IMG/VR virus record: IMGVR_UViG_3300032092_000036
Location: 1-55,634 of that record
DNA: 55,634 nucleotides
Direction: 5' to 3' (one strand)
From: a virus
Lineage: Duplodnaviria > Caudoviricetes
Below, piece after piece: positions 36,307-44,201 of this stretch (position 1 is its first letter; every line of letters starts with the position of its first letter). Under the pieces are notes generated by a model. The model did not search any database. It was not told where the DNA came from and saw only the letters and a list, made by a program, of their open reading frames with translations. A program made the position numbers and the translations under genes.

Positions 36307-36867
36307 TTAGTCTTTCCAGTTGTGTTGGTTGATACGGATGGGAGAATCTTGATTGAGCATGTTGGATACTTGCTTTGCATTGAATACATCGGATGGGCAA
36401 CGAGCTTTGACGAACAGATCACGCATCATCTGCACATACACTTTGTCGCTATGGAATCGAATGTGACTAGCTTCACCGGACAAAATAGCATCTATGTCTT
36501 GTTGCACTCTAGCCTTCGATCGTTGTATCCATGTGTGATGATCGTTGCCTGTCTGAGTTAGCATGTACGCTGCAAAATCAGCCTTGATCAAGGCACACGC
36601 TTCCTCACGAGCCTCTTCGCTAGTGAACTGCACATGCAAGCCCCAGTAGTCACCACGGATATAGGGTAAGTTGAACTGCTCACAAAATACCTTGGCAAGG
36701 CGCGATGCATGAGATGACCAACCACCGGTGATGTTGCCCGACTCAATTTGTTTCTGAATCGATCTACGCATCCTCGTGGTGATCTGCGTTGGGTTGAAGT
36801 AAATGTCGGCTGTTACACCGGCAGTCGTTAGCATCCTAGATGCCTGATAGAGATTTGGTCGCATCAT
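36307..36867 (-). CDS. Hypothetical protein
   Basis: 186 aa with AGGA RBS. Confidence 0.7.
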   Translation of the reverse strand: MMRPNLYQASRMLTTAGVTADIYFNPTQITTRMRRSIQKQIESGNITGGWSSHASRLAKVFCEQFNLPYIRGDYWGLHVQFTSEEAREEACALIKADFAAYMLTQTGNDHHTWIQRSKARVQQDIDAILSGEASHIRFHSDKVYVQMMRDLFVKARCPSDVFNAKQVSNMLNQDSPIRINQHNWKD

Positions 36868-36875
36868 TGTGTTCC

Positions 36876-37751
36876 TTAAAAGTTGTATGCTGATAAACGC
36901 TCAGTTGCTTCGTCTAGCTTCTTGCGAGCCTCGACACGAGCATTGGCTGAGCCCTTGATGATCTCCACGTTCTGCAGATAGCTACTGGCAAGTTGCTCGA
37001 TCGCATTGATCTCTTGCACCAACTCAGGTGATGGATCGATAGCCAACTTACGCGCCGTTGTGCATCCCTCAAGCACATTCTCCATGAGTGAATTGTGGAA
37101 GCGTTCACCCTTGTTGCCTTGGTACTCGCCAAGTCGTCTCGTTAGATCAGACAATGGTTTGAGCATGCGGTTGATGGTGTCCTCACGTGCCATGGATGCA
37201 AGCTCAGCTTCAGCCCTGTCGAACTCAGCCAAGTCTTCCTCGGACAGATCGAATAGGAAGTGACGCTTGTCAGGCATTGGTGTGAACCTCAAGTCACTGC
37301 CCACCGCATTACGGAACTGCTCTGCCGTTGGGTACTCATCGCGGTTAGCTCTGCCTGACGCATAGCCACTGTTTCGGAACATAATGTCGTCGCTTACGAT
37401 TTGGTCGTAGTCCTGATAGCATTGATCGGCTAGCTTCTCCACCACGGCCACACGTTGCTTCATCTCTTGTGCATACTCAAAGTACAGCGTAGAGGGGAGC
37501 ATCCTTGGACCTGCATCGATGTGGGGTATGGTGTTCTGCTTGTGATACGCATAGACCTCGTTGTGCTTTTTCATCAGCTTGTTGATGGGACTGTTGATAT
37601 CACGGAACAATTTGTAGATTGCCGTCAGTGAGTTGTCGTTGTACTGCGTTTGCAGTTGGTTGGTCAGCGCCTTGTCGCGCTTGGTGAGTGGTGCACGACG
37701 TTGCGTGAGCTTGACAAGAATTACCTTGTCGGCGAGTTTTGCGTGTTGCAT
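36876..37751 (-). CDS. Helical conserved phage protein (DUF3150-like)
   Basis: TIPHIDAGPRMLP...EYPT motif; located in the AAA/VWA cluster. Confidence 0.6.
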   Translation of the reverse strand: MQHAKLADKVILVKLTQRRAPLTKRDKALTNQLQTQYNDNSLTAIYKLFRDINSPINKLMKKHNEVYAYHKQNTIPHIDAGPRMLPSTLYFEYAQEMKQRVAVVEKLADQCYQDYDQIVSDDIMFRNSGYASGRANRDEYPTAEQFRNAVGSDLRFTPMPDKRHFLFDLSEEDLAEFDRAEAELASMAREDTINRMLKPLSDLTRRLGEYQGNKGERFHNSLMENVLEGCTTARKLAIDPSPELVQEINAIEQLASSYLQNVEIIKGSANARVEARKKLDEATERLSAYNF

Positions 37752-37760
37752 AGATACCTT

Positions 37761-38039
37761 TCATTGAGTTAGTAGGATGACTGCTTGTGCCCAGTCTTTG
37801 GCTTGTTGCACACTAGAAAAGAACTTCTGTTGCTTGCTTGCAATGATGCGAGCCCTCCACCTTCCAGTCCAGTAAGGCTCGGGTTCATCTTCGTCGTATT
37901 TAATAAAGGGTGAAATAACCGCCATGCGTTGCGGTATCTTTTGATCGGGGTCTTGCTTGTACAAGAGTGTGTGGAAATCTTCCGGCCTGTCCATCCACAT
38001 GTAGCTCACATCAGCACCTCTGCATTGGCAGTAGACCAT
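37761..38039 (-). CDS. Hypothetical protein (start uncertain)
   Basis: C-terminal FSSVQQAKDWAQAVI motif. Confidence 0.6.
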   Translation of the reverse strand: MVYCQCRGADVSYMWMDRPEDFHTLLYKQDPDQKIPQRMAVISPFIKYDEDEPEPYWTGRWRARIIASKQQKFFSSVQQAKDWAQAVILLTQ

Positions 38040-38998
38040 TCGATAAACGCTCGTGTCGATGTAATCTTAGGCGCTAGCTTGATGGAGTCCTTGATGGTCA
38101 TCACCGCAAACTCGGCAGGCAGTCGTGCCGTGTAAGACATGATCCGATCGATGTTGTCAACAGTTGCTTTACGTGCAAGCGCACCGGTAATCGCATACCG
38201 CACAGCAGGGTCCGTTGGAACCTGCGCACCCTTGGGGTCAAGCAAGAGAGCATCGATGTTAGGTAGTTGAGAGTAGATACGACGGAAGCCAACATACTCA
38301 GCAGCTGCACCCTCACCGACCTCACCGATCACATTCTCCAAGAACAACGATGCATCCAATGAATCGGGTACAAGGTTGACACGCTCCCATGAACGAGGCG
38401 TTGGGTTGGCAAAGCGATTGGCATCAAAGTCAGAGATCAGGCCGGGTCTGAATCGCAAGAACTGAATCAGGTCAGTCTTCCAATCATTGTCCAGTGCATA
38501 CGCGGTCAGGTCTTCGAGATTCTCTTGGAAGTCAAAGCGACGTGTACGATTGGCTAGCTTGGATGTGATGCGATTAGCACCTGACTTGTCCTCGGTACGA
38601 TTACCAGTGGCAATCTTGAACAGTTGATCTGACAGTTGCAAGTTACCGGCTCGGTTGTCATAGATTACACCGCACAATGCATTCTGCATGGGGATCGGAG
38701 CATCGGACAACTCTTCCAAGATCAGACCGACACGGCCAGTGCGTAGCTTGTAGAACTCTTCGGGCGGAACCCACCGAGTGAACTCGCCAGTGTTGTTAGG
38801 TGTACCGAGTACATCCACAGGGTCACGCAATGAAGCCGTGAACTCCACGACATGATCTAGGTTAAGCTCTCGCATGATCTCACGAGCACAAGCTGACTTG
38901 CCACCACCGGGAGCACCGAGGATGAATGGCACGATCTTGTTACCCTGAGGGGCTTTGAACTGCTCGACAACAGATTTCTTGATGTTTGAATAACGCAT
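38006..38998 (-). CDS. MoxR-like AAA+ ATPase
   Basis: GAPGGGKS, LILEEL, ATGNR, LANR, TPRSW. Confidence 0.9.
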   Translation of the reverse strand: MRYSNIKKSVVEQFKAPQGNKIVPFILGAPGGGKSACAREIMRELNLDHVVEFTASLRDPVDVLGTPNNTGEFTRWVPPEEFYKLRTGRVGLILEELSDAPIPMQNALCGVIYDNRAGNLQLSDQLFKIATGNRTEDKSGANRITSKLANRTRRFDFQENLEDLTAYALDNDWKTDLIQFLRFRPGLISDFDANRFANPTPRSWERVNLVPDSLDASLFLENVIGEVGEGAAAEYVGFRRIYSQLPNIDALLLDPKGAQVPTDPAVRYAITGALARKATVDNIDRIMSYTARLPAEFAVMTIKDSIKLAPKITSTRAFIEWSTANAEVLM

Positions 38999-39025
38999 AA
39001 AGTTCCTTAAGTGAGTGAGTGGTGA

Positions 39026-39112
39026 TTAATTCGGTCGCCATACTAACAAGTCCAGTGCTAGCACGACCAACGCTAGCAAGAACACAACTCTTTCAAATTT
39101 ATGCCATGTCAT
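39026..39112 (-). CDS. 28-aa single-TM peptide (not in ORF track)
   Basis: MTWHKFERVVFLLALVVLALDLLVWRPN*; ATGA-coupled. Confidence 0.6.
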   Translation of the reverse strand: MTWHKFERVVFLLALVVLALDLLVWRPN

Positions 39113-39498
39113 GGGAACCTCCGATATGAGCGAATGACTGAATCGTTACGTGGCTCGTTGATGTGTGCAAGCTTGACGTTCACACCCTTAGCCTCCATTG
39201 CGTTCATGAACAATTCCATGTCGCAGTCCTCTTCGAGATACGCTTTGTCCCCTTTGATGTATGAGTAACAGCTTACCTCCGAGCGTATGCCCAGTAGATC
39301 AAGTTCGTCTAAGCTCACCTCTAGCCATCCATGGCCGGGATCGGTGTGGTATGTGTAGTAGATTGTCGTTGCTGTTGATGGTGTCATGTTGTTCCTCTTG
39401 AATGTATATATAGCATCAGGTCTTGTTGCAAACCATCTGCTCAGTTGGGGGTTGTCATCTTGCATCAGCACAGGGGGAGGCCATCCCGTCTTGGTCAT
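39109..39498 (-). CDS. Hypothetical early protein
   Basis: HTDPGHGWLEV...SCYSY...YLEEDCD motif. Confidence 0.75.
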   Translation of the reverse strand: MTKTGWPPPVLMQDDNPQLSRWFATRPDAIYTFKRNNMTPSTATTIYYTYHTDPGHGWLEVSLDELDLLGIRSEVSCYSYIKGDKAYLEEDCDMELFMNAMEAKGVNVKLAHINEPRNDSVIRSYRRFP

Positions 39499-39656
39499 TT
39501 AGTTCCCTCATGAAATACGTCAATGAATTTTTTGCCATGCTTGTGATACAGACACACGATGCATGACATTAGAAAATAGTTGGTGCTGACCTCGTATTTG
39601 TCTACGCGCCAACATGTGCCGAGGAAGTCGGTCAGTTGTATGTCACTCTTGGTCAT
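39495..39656 (-). CDS. 53-aa protein (not in ORF track)
   Basis: ATGA-coupled at both ends; MTKSDIQLTDFLGTCWRV... Confidence 0.5.
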   Translation of the reverse strand: MTKSDIQLTDFLGTCWRVDKYEVSTNYFLMSCIVCLYHKHGKKFIDVFHEGTK

Positions 39657-39865
39657 GGCTCAGGCACGTAGATTGTGTTGCGTGTCTCAATGATCCCGCC
39701 TTGGGGATTAAAACTAACGATCTCGCTTGTGCGTACAGTGCCGTTGCCAATGGTCGGGTGATCGACCACCTCTAGTCTTGCACACCAAAATGGTTTCTCC
39801 GCACTGTCGTACAGCAAGCACATCATTGGCTCGGAATAGGTTTTGTAGAATACGATTGGTTTCAT
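39653..39865 (-). CDS. Hypothetical early protein
   Basis: DHPTIG...VRTSEIV...IETRNTIY. Confidence 0.75.
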   Translation of the reverse strand: MKPIVFYKTYSEPMMCLLYDSAEKPFWCARLEVVDHPTIGNGTVRTSEIVSFNPQGGIIETRNTIYVPEP

Positions 39866-40083
39866 GTTGTCCTCTTGGGGTTAAGTTGCATTAGCATGGA
39901 TGGATCACTTATGTATGTCGGTGCTGACTTGTTGATCGGCTGACACATGGATGATTTGCGCTTGAGTTCCTTTTGGGCGATCTTTTCACCACATTGCATA
40001 CAGGTCGGGCGTTCGTGTTTTGCACGATGGGGTTCTACTCGTACTGCATAGCAACAGGTGCAGATTGGTATGTGTTCATCCAT
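39862..40083 (-). CDS. C4 zinc-finger protein (DksA/TraR-type spacing)
   Basis: CTCC...R......TCMQCG. Confidence 0.65.
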   Translation of the reverse strand: MDEHIPICTCCYAVRVEPHRAKHERPTCMQCGEKIAQKELKRKSSMCQPINKSAPTYISDPSMLMQLNPKRTT

Positions 40084-40087
40084 GGTA

Positions 40088-40258
40088 TTACCCGACGTTC
40101 TCGATGCTTTCGAGGGCACAGATCACAACACCGCCAAGGCAGAAGCCACCGAATAACAGGGCAGCTTGTTGGAAGTAAGGCACGTCAGGGCTATAGCCCA
40201 CGAACAGGGAAATGCATGTGGCCAAGGTAAAGCCGATTGCGTATAGAGTTAGTTTCAT
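40088..40258 (-). CDS. Small two-TM protein
   Basis: GGAG RBS; MKLTLYAIGFTLATCISLFVG... Confidence 0.65.
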   Translation of the reverse strand: MKLTLYAIGFTLATCISLFVGYSPDVPYFQQAALLFGGFCLGGVVICALESIENVG

Positions 40259-40335
40259 GGTGTCTCCAAGGAAAGTGAGTGGTGCGCACGAGGCGCACAC
40301 GAGTTGGATTAATACTAGGGGAAAACCCTAACGAT

Positions 40336-40521
40336 TTAGACAGATCGCTGATTTAGCATTTGATAGTAGGCATGGATTGATGCGTCGATCTCATCCATTG
40401 TGCGAGCTTCGATGAAGCCGGGGATATCATCCAAGGTGAATTCTTGTATGTCATCTGCACATGTGTATGTGGGTTCGATGATGGCTAAGCCCATGAGATC
40501 AGAGTTTGATGGTGTGCGCAT
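40336..40521 (-). CDS. Small acidic early protein
   Basis: GGAG RBS; 61 aa, D/E-rich. Confidence 0.65.
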   Translation of the reverse strand: MRTPSNSDLMGLAIIEPTYTCADDIQEFTLDDIPGFIEARTMDEIDASIHAYYQMLNQRSV

Positions 40522-40539
40522 GATAGCTCCAAAGTTGAT

Positions 40540-40910
40540 TAAGACAGTTTTTGGAATCGATTAAGCCAAAATTTAGGGGGCTTGGATTAATTGATTTGTG
40601 CGTGTGTATGCCGTGTAACCCGCATGGATTCTAGGTTTGCAGGGGGCATTAGGGTTTACCCTGCTCGAATAATCCAAGTGTGGATTTGACAGACAGGATT
40701 TGTGGGGACTTGTGAGATTGTGCGTCATCGCATATGGCATTGAATCCATAAGCCATAACATCTCTGACCCTCTATTTTATTGGATAATTGGATAAATGGA
40801 TTAATCGACGACTTAACTTATTGATTTCATTGAAGAATCAATTAATCCATGGATTAATCCAACTCCAGACCTTGGATAATTGGATTAATAGGTAGGGTAA
40901 ACCCTAATGA
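40540..40910. repeat. Iteron-like array with IHF site (candidate replication origin)
   Basis: About 9 copies of TGGAT(A/T)AA(T) in both orientations; TAACTTATTGATT at 40814-40826. Confidence 0.6.
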
Positions 40911-40911
40911 T

Positions 40912-41139
40912 TTAGCCAAACAGGGTGTGTTGCCAGTCTGCGTTTTCTGCGCATAGTTGGCGTTGGTTGAATGGCATAGGCTCACGAGCAAACTTGGCGG
41001 AGTTAGACCACTTGGCGTTGCATGAGCGATATGGAACAGGGGGCAAGCCACCCTGCAGTTTGCGACCAATATCGCCCTCGACACGTTTAGGCATCGGGGC
41101 GATATGGATTCCCTTGGGTAGAGAGTGAACCTTAGACAT
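40912..41139 (-). CDS. Hypothetical early protein
   Basis: 75 aa, TAATG-coupled. Confidence 0.55.
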   Translation of the reverse strand: MSKVHSLPKGIHIAPMPKRVEGDIGRKLQGGLPPVPYRSCNAKWSNSAKFAREPMPFNQRQLCAENADWQHTLFG

Positions 41140-41549
41140 TAGTCATTGATTGTGGAAGGTTGAGCACCGCGAGCGATACGATCAACGATACCGAACACAT
41201 AAGCCTTCTTGCCTTTGAGCGTAACGCCCTTGGCTTGCTTGGCGGACACTGCGCTAGAGACTGCGTTGCACAAGCCCATGAGAGCCTCTTTAGAAACCGA
41301 GCCAGTAGCAGGCACGAGACCGGCCACGAAAGGCAAGGCAGACTTAGGCACGAGACCGCATGAAAGAATGTCATTGACGACTGGGCGGAATTGGCCGTTG
41401 GCGAGCCAGTTGGCGTACATCATTTGACCGAACTCTTGGCGAGCTTCGCGACCTGCGAAGGCCACTGCGAGCGCCAAGGAACCGGTGTTGCCCTTTTTGT
41501 CGATGACAATAGAACGTGTACCTTCAATGATAGCGACTGCATTTGACAT
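41139..41549 (-). CDS. First early gene, hypothetical
   Basis: AAGGA RBS, MSNAVAII start. Confidence 0.7.
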   Translation of the reverse strand: MSNAVAIIEGTRSIVIDKKGNTGSLALAVAFAGREARQEFGQMMYANWLANGQFRPVVNDILSCGLVPKSALPFVAGLVPATGSVSKEALMGLCNAVSSAVSAKQAKGVTLKGKKAYVFGIVDRIARGAQPSTIND

Positions 41550-42026
41550 GATTTGTCCTTTGAATAAATAAGTAGGTTTCAAGTAATACACTACACCATG
41601 TAATGCACTACTCAAAACCGCCCCCCACACTTTTGCCATTCGTGTGTTTAGACCATGCGCGTTGCGTTTAGGTCATAGAAGCGGATTTGCCGGACAGTTA
41701 CTTCACCCAAACTGTCAAAACGCTATTGAATTTTTAATGATCGAACATCCCACATTGTGACTTTGCGTTGATGCACACTTGGGTTCGATGCGTTCGGGAA
41801 AACCCTACAAACAAGAACCGCGAAGTACGCGACACTAGGAAACAATGCTACTTTTTAAAGATCGGGAGGCGAGGGATACGATGCCCTACACAGTAGGCAA
41901 GACTGCTACCCCGCCATGGGACCAAGGGGGCCAGCCCACCCCCCCTCTCCCTACGACTGGCTCTTACAGCAGGCGAAGAAAATAAGGACATACACACGTA
42001 GCGCACTCAAAAAAATTAAAAAACGC

Positions 42027-42055
42027 TTGCACACCACATACACACGTGCTACATT
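42027..42055 (+). promoter_or_regulatory. Sigma70 promoter of the RHH/terminase operon
   Basis: A-rich UP element, TTGCAC-N17-TACATT, ATG at 42062. Confidence 0.7.
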
Positions 42056-42061
42056 GCCCAA

Positions 42062-42238
42062 ATGAGACGAAGAAACCTATACATCCCCGACCCCCTGATG
42101 GAGCGAGTCCAAAAACTAGCCGTGCGTAAAAAAGTGCACATGGCAGATATCATTCGCACAGCCATGGAAAAGTACTTAGATGCCGTTGACCGCGCAGAAG
42201 CCAAGGCCAAAGAGGAGGCACAGCATGCTGAACGTTGA
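42062..42238 (+). CDS. Ribbon-helix-helix (Arc/CopG-like) regulator (not in ORF track)
   Basis: MRRRNLYIPDPLMERVQKLAVRKKVHMADIIRTAMEKYL. Confidence 0.8.
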   Translation: MRRRNLYIPDPLMERVQKLAVRKKVHMADIIRTAMEKYLDAVDRAEAKAKEEAQHAER

Positions 42239-42722
42239 AATTGACGACGGCCCACTGGAATATGGGGTAAAAACCACGTCGTTCCCACAGGTCTCAGAAG
42301 AAATGCTGCATTCTCTGGCGCTAGGCATGGAAGATGAGCTGATCATCATTGGCCGGCATGGTGTTTCTGTGGAGCAGTTTCGGGAATTGGAGAAGCAGCC
42401 ATGGTTTATCAGCCGAATCTTGCAATTACGCTCGGAATTTGAGAAAAATGGCGTTACATTCAAGGCAAAAGCTGGCTGGATGGCCGGAGAACTGCTAGAT
42501 AAGGCGTATTTACTGGCAGCTAGCCCAGATGCGAGCTTCTCACAGGTGCACGATACCCTTAAAACGCTTATAAAAGTGGCAGGATTGGAGCCAAAAGAGG
42601 AGAAACAGGTCAATTCTGGGCCCGGTTTTAGCATTTCTATCGACCTTGGAGAGCGTTCGGTGAACATCACAAACGACCAAAATATCATCAATTCGCCTAC
42701 AAAATTCATATCTAATGAGTAA
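42225..42722 (+). CDS. terS: Terminase small subunit (putative)
   Basis: GAGGAGG RBS; immediately upstream of TerL; helical with C-terminal GFSISIDL strand. Confidence 0.65.
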   Translation: MLNVEIDDGPLEYGVKTTSFPQVSEEMLHSLALGMEDELIIIGRHGVSVEQFRELEKQPWFISRILQLRSEFEKNGVTFKAKAGWMAGELLDKAYLLAASPDASFSQVHDTLKTLIKVAGLEPKEEKQVNSGPGFSISIDLGERSVNITNDQNIINSPTKFISNE

Positions 42723-44184
42723 ATACAAGCCAACAGACACCCAGCGTGAGTTTATGCTGGACGAGAATTACGTCAGGGTCTTAGCTGGCCCAGTTGGAGG
42801 TGGCAAATCTGTGACCTGTGTGCACGAACTGGTAAGACTTGCATGCGGGCAAGCGCCAAATACCAAGGGCATACGTAAAACCAGAGCGGTGATTGTGCGT
42901 AACACGGCCGATCAGTTAGCGTTAACCACTAGAAAGACGGTGTTTGACTGGCTGCCACCGGGAGATGCTGGCATTTGGAAAGCGGTGGAGAAGACGTTTA
43001 TCCTGAAAGCCAAACTGCCGGATAACACAGAAGTTGAGTCCGAGTGGCTGTTCATTGCGCTGGATACCCCGGACGACGTTAGGAAAGCGCTGTCACTTGA
43101 GACGACATTTATCTGGGGTAATGAATCACGCGAGCTCAACTCCGAAGTAGTGGATGGCCTACTAGGTCGTCTGAACCGGTATCCGTCAATGAAGGACGGT
43201 GGGCCCACTCGTTCGTGTGCGCTGTTTGATACCAACATGCCGGACGAGGATACGTGGTGGCATAACAAGATGGAAGAGCCGCCTAGCAACTGGTCAATTT
43301 ACAAACAGCCTGCAGCGATCCTGAAGCCAGCCAAGTACACAGAACGATTTGGCGAAGAGCCAGAAGAGATTTTGCTGGACAAGGACGGCGAAGAATGGTG
43401 TGTGAATCCTAAAGCGGATAACTACGACCACCTGCCAAAACAGTACTACCCCAATTTGATTCCGGGTAAGACCGAGGACTGGCTTAGGGTTTACCTTAGG
43501 TCTGAGTATGGCCGTTCGCTCTCAGGTACACCTGTGTACGAGAAGACTTTTACGTACGACTTTCATGTGGCAGACGATCCGCTGAAGTACATCAGGGGTG
43601 AGAATTACCCGATCATTATTGGGATTGACTTTGGGCGTACGCCGGCAGCTGTGTTTAAGCAGAGGGACCCTCGGGGGCGGGTGATGACTTTGGGGGAGAT
43701 CACTGCGGAGAATATGGGCATCGAGACATTTTTGAATGTTAGGCTCAATCCGTTTATTGCTAACAACTTTGCCGGGGCTACGTTTTTGTGTGCGCCTGAC
43801 CCGGCCGGGTTTGCCAAGCAGCAGCTCAATGAGCTGTCATTAGTGGACGTTTTGAAAAATGCTGGATTTAAATGTGTACGTCCCCCTAGCAACAATCCAG
43901 AAATTAGGATACAGTCCGTCGAACGGTTGCTCAATCAGCAGCTGGAAGGTAAAGCGATGTACTTAATTGACCGCTCCTGCGAGATGCTTATCAAAGGCTT
44001 TCGATACGGATATCGGTACAAAATTAAGAAGAACGGCGAGTTAGAAGATAGGCCAGACAAGAACGAGTTCTCTCACGTCCATGACGCCAATCAGTACGCC
44101 GACTCGGTAGTCGATATGAACATCCGAGGTTTAGCATTGCAGCGCGGTAAGCGCGAAATCAAAAAAGTAAGTTACACTTATTAA
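42715..44184 (+). CDS. terL: Terminase large subunit
   Basis: GPVGGGKS, VIVRNT, WGNE, DTN, GIDFG, DPAG, SHVHDANQY. Confidence 0.93.
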   Translation: MSKYKPTDTQREFMLDENYVRVLAGPVGGGKSVTCVHELVRLACGQAPNTKGIRKTRAVIVRNTADQLALTTRKTVFDWLPPGDAGIWKAVEKTFILKAKLPDNTEVESEWLFIALDTPDDVRKALSLETTFIWGNESRELNSEVVDGLLGRLNRYPSMKDGGPTRSCALFDTNMPDEDTWWHNKMEEPPSNWSIYKQPAAILKPAKYTERFGEEPEEILLDKDGEEWCVNPKADNYDHLPKQYYPNLIPGKTEDWLRVYLRSEYGRSLSGTPVYEKTFTYDFHVADDPLKYIRGENYPIIIGIDFGRTPAAVFKQRDPRGRVMTLGEITAENMGIETFLNVRLNPFIANNFAGATFLCAPDPAGFAKQQLNELSLVDVLKNAGFKCVRPPSNNPEIRIQSVERLLNQQLEGKAMYLIDRSCEMLIKGFRYGYRYKIKKNGELEDRPDKNEFSHVHDANQYADSVVDMNIRGLALQRGKREIKKVSYTY

Positions 44185-44201
44185 AACGAGATGGGCCCCG
44201 C

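Noticed and set aside
40573-41084. Short - strand ORFs (40573-40761, 40854-41084) over the iteron region
   Set aside because: No clear RBS; they overlap repeats or a better-supported gene.
41693-41718. TTGACA on the - strand as an early promoter
   Set aside because: No -10 hexamer at 16-18 nt; the sequence is one arm of a GACAGTT/AACTGTC hairpin.
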